Shown in pieces: positions 54,890 through 64,000 of a DNA stretch of 64,000 bases. Under the pieces are notes generated by a model. It ran no database searches. It was not told the DNA's origin and worked only from the letters and a program-made list of their open reading frames with translations. Each line of letters begins with the position of its first letter. The first letter of the stretch is position 1. The translations under genes were made by a program, and so were the position numbers. Source of the DNA: Octopus bimaculoides (taxonomy: Eukaryota); assembly GCF_001194135.2 (NCBI RefSeq), contig NC_068999.1:411682-475681 (forward strand), written 5' to 3'.

Positions 54890-55451
54890 CGATAATGATA
54901 ATGATAATGAATAGGATGGTGATGATGAGGATGATTAAGTTAATGCCGCTGACAACGATGACAATAATTAAGATAATGCTGATGATGAGGGTGATGAAGG
55001 TGATGATAATGATGATGATGATCATCATAATCATCATCATAAAGAAGGCGATGCCAAATACGATAATGACGTCATTGTTGCTTTGACGATGATGATGACT
55101 ATGATGATGATGATGACAAAGGCCGTAATGACAATGACGATGAGGGCGATGAAGATAATGAGGAAGACGGAGATAGTGGAGGTTATGAACATGATGACAA
55201 TGATGATGGTAATGATGATGATAAGGACAAAGGCGACGACAACGACGATAAGAGTAAACGATGGCGTTCGTGGGATCGAGAATGCGACAAGGTGAGAACG
55301 CTGAGCATATCCACGGTTTCAGGGATGGAGATGCTAATAATATTGAAAGAAAGGACAATGTTGATAACGATGCGGTAATAGGTGATTAAATTGATGATGA
55401 TGATGATGATGCTGATGATCGGATGACTGATTATTGATGATGATGACGACG

Positions 55452-55483
<32 letters not shown>

Positions 55484-56030
55484 AATGGTAGCGATGATGA
55501 TGATGATGAAGACGATGATGACGATGACGACGACAACGACAGTGATGATGATGATGATGATGATGATGAGAATGATAACTAATATTTGATGTATTAAAGA
55601 TGAAAGCTAGAAAAAGTAAAAGAAAAAGAGGCAAAATATGGATAACAACAACAACGAAATCAATATGATGATGATGATGAGTTTCAAACAAATGTTGATG
55701 ATGGCGGTGCTGCTGACTTTGAGGTAAGAGATTGAAACTTTGATAGCGAGGAATATGAAGACAGTATGACACTGTTGCGCATGATGGTTTTATTAATGAT
55801 AATGGTGATGAGGATTATGATGATGATGATAATGATGAGTAAGAAGATTACGATGATGAGGACGGCGATAGATGAGGAGTATGATGGCAATAACGGTGCT
55901 TGTGAATATGATGACGATGATGTTAATGATGATGATGATGACGATGATGATGATGATGACGATGACAACGATGTAGTTTGTGCAAATCGATTTACTGCAT
56001 CATTTGCATCCATGCAGTTGTCCACATAAT
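54890..56030. repeat. Long degenerate (GAT)/(GAC)/(AAT) low-complexity domain
   Basis: Over 1 kb of ATG/GAT-family triplets with register shifts and in-frame stops. Confidence 0.9.
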
Positions 56031-56794
56031 CCTTCTACTGCTGTATCTCCCACTCCACTTTCCCTCCCCCTCTTCCTCTGTACCCCACCCCTCGTGTATT
56101 ATGTTCATCGCCTTCATTAACATATCTTCCTCGCATCAATATAAAAATTAATTTATTATTATTATTATTATTATTGTTATTATTATTATCATTATTATCA
56201 TTATTATTACAATGTCATTATTGTATTTCCTTAGTTATTTTGTAATGTAAGGTGGGCGATTAGCGGGGCTTGAATAAAGAGGAAAAAAAGGGAAAGTCGA
56301 ATTAAGAAAGGCGAGAAAAAAAAAAAAAGCTGGTTTTTTATGCCTGTCGGAATTTTCCGTTTCTATCCAAATATTCGAAAAAATGTAGTTTTTCTTCTCT
56401 TTCTTTCATTCCCACCGCGGCCATGATCAAGCAGACCTTCGATGAAAGGCATTCTACCTTTGAGCATTCCATTATGTTATTTCTTAAGCCATTGTGTATC
56501 CAGGACTACACAATCCAAAGTCTCCTTTCTTTTATAAATAGTTTTGGGTGTGAAACTTTTAGAGATGACGATACCATTCATTAGCCGGTCAAATTTCTTT
56601 GTCCATTAAAATAAATTATTTTCATACAGTACCGTTCAGAAGTTTCATTCACGATGTCGGTGATACCCTGGTACTCAATGGTCTGCGTGTTATCCTATGC
56701 TTTATGATTGTCAGTGATCGCACTTTAAACCTGCCTGGTTTACTTGGAGCCAATACTAACATGCTTCATTTACTGAGTGTGTGTATGTGTGTGT

Positions 56795-56835
<41 letters not shown>

Positions 56836-56939
56836 GATATATATACATATATGCATTTCCCCCCAACACACACACACACACATTCGTGCGTGTATATGTG
56901 TTTGCGCGCGCGCGTATGTATGTATATAACTCTCGTAAA

Positions 56940-57230
56940 CGAGAGAAAGATAAGGATGCCGCTCCCTGCTTAAAGACACGAGTTTGGTCTTGCCAATGTT
57001 TAAAGCTATTAGCCATTTCTTACACCATTTCTTCACAGCCTGCTGATCCAACCGGAGACTAGCAGCAAATTCCTGCCATTTCAAGCACAGGGAATTACCA
57101 AAGAAACTAGAATAAAGAGTATTATGATCAGCACAACGGTCGATGAACTGAAGAACATTGGCAGGAAGATTGTTCATGTAGAGGAAAACAGAGTTTGACC
57201 AAGACTAGATGCTTGAGGAACAGACGGCCT
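56940..57230 (-). mobile_element. Non-LTR (L2/CR1/Jockey group) RT core relic
   Basis: VPQASSLGQTLF / YMNNLP...ADHNTLYSS...KWCKKWLIALNIGKTKLVSL parallels GVPQGSxLGPxLFxxYINDLP...YADDxxLY...WxxxWxxxFNxxKT. The catalytic DD is degenerate. Confidence 0.85.
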
Positions 57231-57679
57231 TGAGACAATACTCAGAATAAAATAATGAGAGAATACTAAGAATAATTGCAGGGCAATTGATATAGGAATT
57301 ATTTCCGACTAAATTCTCCACATTCTGGTTAATTCTACATCTGCATATTTATATTTGGTTAATTTTTCAATTCCATTGCCAAGCACGTTATCTTTTGTCA
57401 GAAATGATATTCTGTGTAAAGTGATCCCTGTTTTCCGCTTGATCTTGACGAGAATATAAGTCTGTGAAGACGTTAATAATCCAGAGTCGAAAATTATTTC
57501 TTCTCAAATCCCCATGTCACATTCCTAGCTAAATAATCTCATTTTAATCCCTCGAAAGTGTTCTGTGTCTCCTTAAATGCTTAGAGGCTTCATAGAATTA
57601 AGAACACATTCTTTTATTTGATTTGAGCAAATTTTATCAAAACATCATTGCTAGAAACAGCTAGGAAAAGGGGACAGCG

Positions 57680-57878
57680 TAGTCATTTGCTTAAGAAGCT
57701 TGCTTCTCAACTGTGTGGTCTTGGGTTTAGTCTTACTCTGTGGCACCTTGAGCAACAAATGTCTTCTACTAGAGCACAGGGCCATCCAAAGCCGTGAGAG
57801 TGGATTTCATTGGCGGAAAATCTGTGTGTGTGCCTATGTTTGTCTATCTGTGTGTGCGTGTGTGTTTGCATGTGTATT

Positions 57879-57914
<36 letters not shown>

Positions 57915-58110
57915 CGCGTGTGTGCGTGTGTGTGCATTGTCTTTACGCTTATGGTATTTCTGTTGTACCTCACTTCCACTTGACAACGACTGTTGGTTTG
58001 TTTGTTCAGTAAAAAAGAGCTTTAAAAAATGGATGCAGGGGTTGATTTGTTCCACTGAGACTTTCAAGGCACTGACCAAGAATAGCCACTGTCCAATGAC
58101 AGCAAAAAAA
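57680..58110 (+). mobile_element. Near full-length SINE family A: head, internal (TG)n, 3' core and tail
   Basis: The head at 57690-57825 matches 60367. After the (TG)n block, cttgacaacgactgttgg...ggggttgatttgttc...ttcaagg...ccactgtccaatgac is the reverse complement of 12975-13150. Confidence 0.8.
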
Positions 58111-58827
58111 GATGAATTGCCAAGTTTACGCTTTACCCTGTCGTCTCTACCACGTGATTTCACTTCCATAAAATGAGTATGTTTGAAAATGTCGGTTACA
58201 AGTTTTAATATTCTGAAACAAGTAATCAGTGAAGACATGAGATACCAATACATTAAGCAACGAAACAGAGCTGGATGATATTTTTTTTATCTTTTAAAAG
58301 ATATCTTCATTTGAGTAGATTTTTTTTGTGGACATGTTTCGAAAAATATGAGAAAAAATTTTCGACTCAAATAAATTTTCACCTGAAAACAACATAACAA
58401 AGAAAGAAAATATGAAACAATAAAGTGAAAAAAAACCTATTCTTTTCATTTTTGAAAATTTATTGAACAAAATAAGAATATATTTTGTTAACAATTCTTA
58501 GATCTTGTGATTCTCAGATGATACACACACGCGCGTGCACATACAAAAATTTATATATATATATCATATACACATACCTGCATATATGCATGCATGTATA
58601 TGTGCGCGTGCGTAGTGTCTCAGTGTACGTTTTATATGCATTTATAAATGTGTATATGTATGCATATTATCAAACTTCAATTCGAAATCAAAAAAAAAAA
58701 TTCACTATATTGGCACATTTATACATATGTAAATGCATGCATGCACATACATATATACATACATGCATACATATACGTATATATGTGTTTGTATGTACAT
58801 TTATATATATACGTATGTGTGCGTGTG

Positions 58828-58878
<51 letters not shown>

Positions 58879-59227
58879 NNNNNNNNNNNNNNNNNNNNNN
58901 NNNNNNNNNNNNNNNNNNNNNNNNNNNNNNNNNNNNNNNNNNNNNNNNNNNNNNNNNNNNNNNNNNNNNNNNNNNNNNNNNNNNNNNNNNNNNNNNNNNN
59001 NNNNNNNNNNNNNNNNNNNNNNNNNNNNNNNNNNNNNNNNNNNNNNNNNNNNNNNNNNNNNNNNNNNNNNNNNNNNNNNNNNNNNNNNNNNNNNNNNNNN
59101 NNNNNNNNNNNNNNNNNNNNNNNNNNNNNNNNNNNNNNNNNNNNNNNNNNNNNNNNNNNNNNNNNNNNNNNNNNNNNNNNATACATAATGCACATGTGCA
59201 TATGCTCATATACATGCGCACCTCATC

Positions 59228-59277
<50 letters not shown>

Positions 59278-59582
59278 TGTTTGTAAACACACATTGTATA
59301 TACACGTAAATATTTTTTGAGTGAAATTATTGTCAACATTCATAACTTCCATTTTGTTTGCACATGGGGAAAATAAGACATATTTTAATTAGTAAGATCG
59401 TCTAAAAACATAATTAATTAAATGTAACAAGCTTTGTCTTAACAACAAAACTCCGGTAAAAATTATAAACAAAATTATGTTTTGCGTTCTTTATTTGTTT
59501 TTATTTTCAACATCACATTCATGGAAGATAATTAAACGACCATCCTTATTATCGACTCATTTGTTTTGTTATTCTATTTCAG

Positions 59583-59740
59583 ATGTGATTCTACCTCTTC
59601 TATTAACTAATGGCAAAGGAGTGGTTCGGGGTTTTTTGGGGTTTTTTTTGCCTTTTTTCATTGTTTGTAACACTGTGTCTCTAAACTTTTACGTTCCTTA
59701 TCCAATTCGCGCTGGGGTCGACATTGCCTTGCATGCTTAA
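59583..59740 (+). other. Candidate exon (xVILPLLLTNGKG...), 3' end uncertain
   Basis: Strong acceptor ttgttttgttattctatttcag. The frame is open to a stop at 59740 but crosses T-rich low-complexity sequence. Confidence 0.18.
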
Positions 59741-60366
59741 AGCAAATACAGCCTTAAGTATCAAACAAGTGCTAGGTTTCATTCATACGACTAAACATTA
59801 CTCTAAAGGATCAGTTCCAATCCCTTAACGAAGAAAGAGAAAACTTGAAGTTGAAAGGTGGGACAGTGTTGAAAGGCAAACGAAATAAAGAGAATTATTT
59901 TGATAAGGTTTACACAACTATGGTCCATATAGTCAACAGTCGTATGATATATAGGAATATATCTCTGGGATTCTTTATACAATTATTCTTACTGCCCTCG
60001 TTTAATTCTTTCCTCGAAATTCCTTTTTACCGCACGGATGACAAATCTCGGCTCTTCATATTATTTTCTCGTCTTAATCTTTCTGTTCATGTTCGTTTAT
60101 CATTGCCGTTAATTTATATCCTGATGGCTGATTTTGCTCACAAATCTAAACTGAACACTATCATTGCAAGGTGTCCAAATTGTAATACCTGAGAAGGATT
60201 TGAGCATGTCGGCGTCCATTCTTTCTCTCTTTTCCCACTTCTCCATCGTTCCTCTGTTGTCTCCCACTTCTCCACGTGTACACACATACGTACATGCATA
60301 CATACACATATACATACATGCATACATACATGTATGTATTTATATATATGTATACATACACACATA

Positions 60367-60517
60367 TGGCTGTATGGTAAGTAGCTTGCTTACCAAGCTC
60401 ATCGTTCCGGGTTCAGTCCCACTGCGTGGCACTTTGGTCAAGTGTCTTCTACTACAGCCTCGGGCCGACCAAAGCCTTGTGAGTGGATTTGTAGACAGAA
60501 ACTGAAAGAAGTGCGTC

Positions 60518-60520
<3 letters not shown>
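60367..60520 (+). mobile_element. SINE family A head, best-preserved copy
   Basis: tggctgtatggtaagtagcttgct...ccgggttcagtcccactgcgtggcac...gtcttctactacagcctcgggccgaccaaagccttgtgagtggattt...gaaactgaaagaag. It has box A-like and box B-like segments, multiple in-window homologs, and runs into (TA)n. Confidence 0.9.
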
Positions 60521-60561
<41 letters not shown>

Positions 60562-63500
60562 ATTCACTATCAAGGTGCAGAAATAACGTATTCCAAATGA
60601 ACGAGGTAATGTAATCCGATGATAAAAAGAATTCCGCGAATTAGGTACTCCTAACACACACACATACATAACCTAACGTCTGTACTTGCATTTTCGTTGT
60701 TTCACATGTATTGCATTAAAAGAACTCTTCGTTCACGTATTGGGTCCTGTAATTCATCATTTCTCGGTGAATTTATACATTTACACACACACACACACAC
60801 ACNNNNNNNNNNTATATATATAAAGGAAAATGATGATATTCAAGACCGTTGAGTGTTATAGTAAATTGTGAAAAAAGAAAAAAGAATGAAATATAAATAC
60901 ATACACTTACACACACATACACACGCATACATACACACACAAACAGGCACATACAGACACACACTTGTATATGTCTGTGTCTGTGCGCACAGAGAGTGAT
61001 AAAGACGGAGAACATATTCTTTTCGGGTCATTAGTGGGGTAGTCCATTTAATGACCTGGAGAACATTAGACAGTTCAGACCATTAAATCGACTGGGTGCA
61101 TTAAAAATAATTGGTGTCGTTAGTTGGAGATAGAAGAATCTGTAAACTGTCTGCAAATGCTCACCAAATTATAAAGAATCGTGCCAACCAAAGCAAACCA
61201 CAGAAAAAAGAAAAAAAATGTTTAAATGAATTGATGTTGCTATTCATTGCTTTCACATTATCTCTAAACTTTATTTTTCACTAAATAAATTAAATTTTCA
61301 AATAATGATTTTAATGTTCTTTTCTAATTTTTCGTTTTTGCTTTGTATCAACTCTAGTTTTAATATTATATACATTTACTTTTGTATTCGTTATATATTT
61401 AACATATGGCCATCTCTGTGCAGTAGATTTGATCATGAAAGATGTATCCAAATTGCTCTTAAGGAATTTAGCAAGAACCGTTTACGCGTAACCCTGATGA
61501 CCCCAGTATTTGCGTCAAAATTTATTTACATCAAAGTTTACAGCACAGCTCATATTCTAGATTAAATTGCATCCGAAACGAAGCATTTTCATTGTTCAGG
61601 GCAAATAAACACCCTTTCTTTTTTTCAAATTGCAAATAATTACTTATTTCATATTTTTAATGAGTTTCATGAAATAGATTGTTGCACTCAGCTTGCATTT
61701 GATTGATAATTTGGAGTAAAGGTATATTAAATAGCACACAAAAACAATTTCTCCATTTATCGAAACTTTCTTCGGTTCGCGAGACTGTAGATGAACTTCT
61801 TAGTGGTGATTATAAACAACTCCAAATGGAAAGGAAATATAATCAACTATTCCCCAAGATAAACATATCCTTAAAGTGAAGATACTGTAAGTGTCTGAAA
61901 AAATGATTTTATCCTGCTGCAATTAGTTTCTACCTGACTATTCATCTTTAGTACAACAATTTCCCTCCATTATTCCCAATGGACGAAACGTATTCATGGC
62001 TCTAGTAATTTGCATAAATGAAAGGAAAGTGAGTTGCGAGAAACAACCGAGCTTTGGTCAGTGGCATGCATTCGAATAAGAATGACTAATAAGGGAATAT
62101 TAATTAAACTGTAAGGTAATTTCTTAATGTACTGAATCGTCGTTTCCATAGAAGGTAGACCAGCCACATAGTGACAGCTGTTGCAGTTACTGAAATGTTA
62201 TCATGGTGGTGTACTTGTAATATTTTAATGGATTATACCTCTCTCAGCGTTTTTATGGCTTTCATTTTATCGCACTTATAAAGAAGAGTTTCAAAGATAA
62301 GGGGACGCAACTAGAACGTAAATATAATATAATGATGCTCACTTATCACACAGATAAGCAACCGTGCCTATTGATGATCACACGTCCGTACAGATAGACC
62401 GAAACACACACATCCCTCATAATGCAATCCATTTCACTGAAAGAAAGGTCAGGAGAGCAATAAAGATACCTCGTAATATCGAAATAAAGCCCGGAAGCCG
62501 GTACAACGCATTACAAAAGAAGATTAAACTGTTCTTTACATTGTTAGGTCATTTTATACTCTGCGTATACGTTTGCCTGAATATATATATGTGTGTGTGT
62601 GTGTGTCTATGTATGTGTATATATACATATATGTGTGTGTTGTATGTATGCATTTGTATGAATATATATATATTTATGTATTAAAAGAATGGAGGAAGAG
62701 AATAGAGAGATAGTTACTTATATAGATTTAGATATAGACATACTTTCATACACATATTCATCTTTTAAATCGTTATTGACATTTGTGTGTAAATATGTGT
62801 GTTGTAAGGTCCATAAGTGCTCAGCAGCGCACACACGAAATATTTACACTAAGGGGCAAAATGTCAGCTTAAATAGTTCTCAAGAACACGTCACCATTAA
62901 CTAAATCGCCCTTTCATAATTATTTTGCTTACATAACAAATACTGCCGTACTTTCTCTGTCGCCATCTAACGTACCTGTCAGTATTTAAAAGCATATTCA
63001 ACCACAAAATTATATATCTATCTCGCAATTTTCTATAGAATTCTTGCCCATATTGTACTGCTTAGCCTACATAAGTGACCTCTATATTATCCTCTATCTC
63101 TTCTATATTCTACCTCTACATTTCCTATTCTCCGTTAGTTTGATTTTATAGCATGTTTATAACTTCCACTTCCTCTACGCATTTGCATACATTCATACAA
63201 TCACATACACACACGCAAACATATATACATGCACGCACATACGCCTTCTCATGAACATACATAATATTCAACATGGAAAGGATATTGCGTCATAAAAACA
63301 CATAACTATTTATATGTCGCTATATTTTCGTTATTATAAATCATCCTGTTGACGGATAATGATGATAAATTTAAAATAAGAAGCAATAGAAGTAATTTAT
63401 AGACGGTGCGTATGATTTAATGACCTTTCCAATAACACGAATTCAGTGGAAGAATCTTGCTTCCATGTGGGTATATTTGTATATATACTTGTGTGTGCGT

Positions 63501-64000
63501 ATACATACATACATCGACATTTGCGCCAATAACAAGAATCCAAGCTTCAGAATTTTCCCCCTCTACCAATTCAGGGACGATACAACCTGTGGCCAACGGA
63601 TTAGTAAAGAGACTCTCTATATTACATATCCACCACGGCCTTAGAATAACACAAACATACACGCAGATATTAAAAACCATACATTCAAGAGCTGAAGCTT
63701 TATCTTTCTTATGTTTGTGGTGTTATTCTAATTCACGCTGCCACGTTTGCTTTTGCTGCTTTTCCAGTTTCCGTGTTTATGCCAGTGTCGCTCGCTCTAT
63801 TCTCCACCTCCACCCCTCCTAATAGTCATCGTCGTCGTCGTCGTTTTCATTATCGTCATCGTACTTGTTGTGGTTATTATCAACCTCATCATTCATTTTT
63901 TTCTCACTTTCCTCGTCTCTGTCTCCTCTTCTCCTTCTGCACCCCACTGTATGTGTGTGTGTGCATGCGTGTGCGTGCGCGCGCGCGTGTCTGTTTATGT

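Noticed and set aside
60150-60200. Minus-strand exon candidate (ccttctcag...TTT|gtgagc)
   Set aside because: Isolated, with no compatible minus-strand partners. It shows how easily exon-like signals arise here.
62420-62500. IHFTERKVRRAI...KPG resembling the pre-RT region of LINEs
   Set aside because: Short match lacking the PGPD motif and any downstream RT sequence.
63560-63620. QPVANGLVKRL resembling the LTR integrase motif HPQxNGxxER
   Set aside because: The catalytic Glu position is Lys, and no upstream DD motifs or LTR structure were found.

Overview
Eukaryotic, AT-rich, largely non-coding genomic DNA from a draft assembly. It has about 20 N-gaps (roughly 5 kb in total by my count), most flanked by (TA)n or (TG)n tracts. 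The very dense di-, tri- and tetranucleotide microsatellites and two abundant tRNA-type SINE families resemble the repeats I recall from octopus (coleoid cephalopod) genomes; that taxon call is inference. Almost every ORF in the supplied track is a translation of microsatellites or Ns. Recognisable protein signal is limited to decayed mobile elements: three pieces of one CR1/L2-group LINE family, one RT core of a second LINE, two Penelope-like RT relics, and a mariner relic with an internal inversion. I see no rRNA, intact tRNA, CRISPR array, operon or intact long CDS. Several short + strand segments have good splice signals and may be exons of a long-intron gene, but I cannot name a product and random exon-like hits are expected at this scale. 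The best leads are the rearranged LINE and mariner relics, a 3' tail shared by a LINE and a SINE, the candidate exon chains, and a weak G8/PKHD1L1-like peptide signal. I found nothing I can support as a new biological system.
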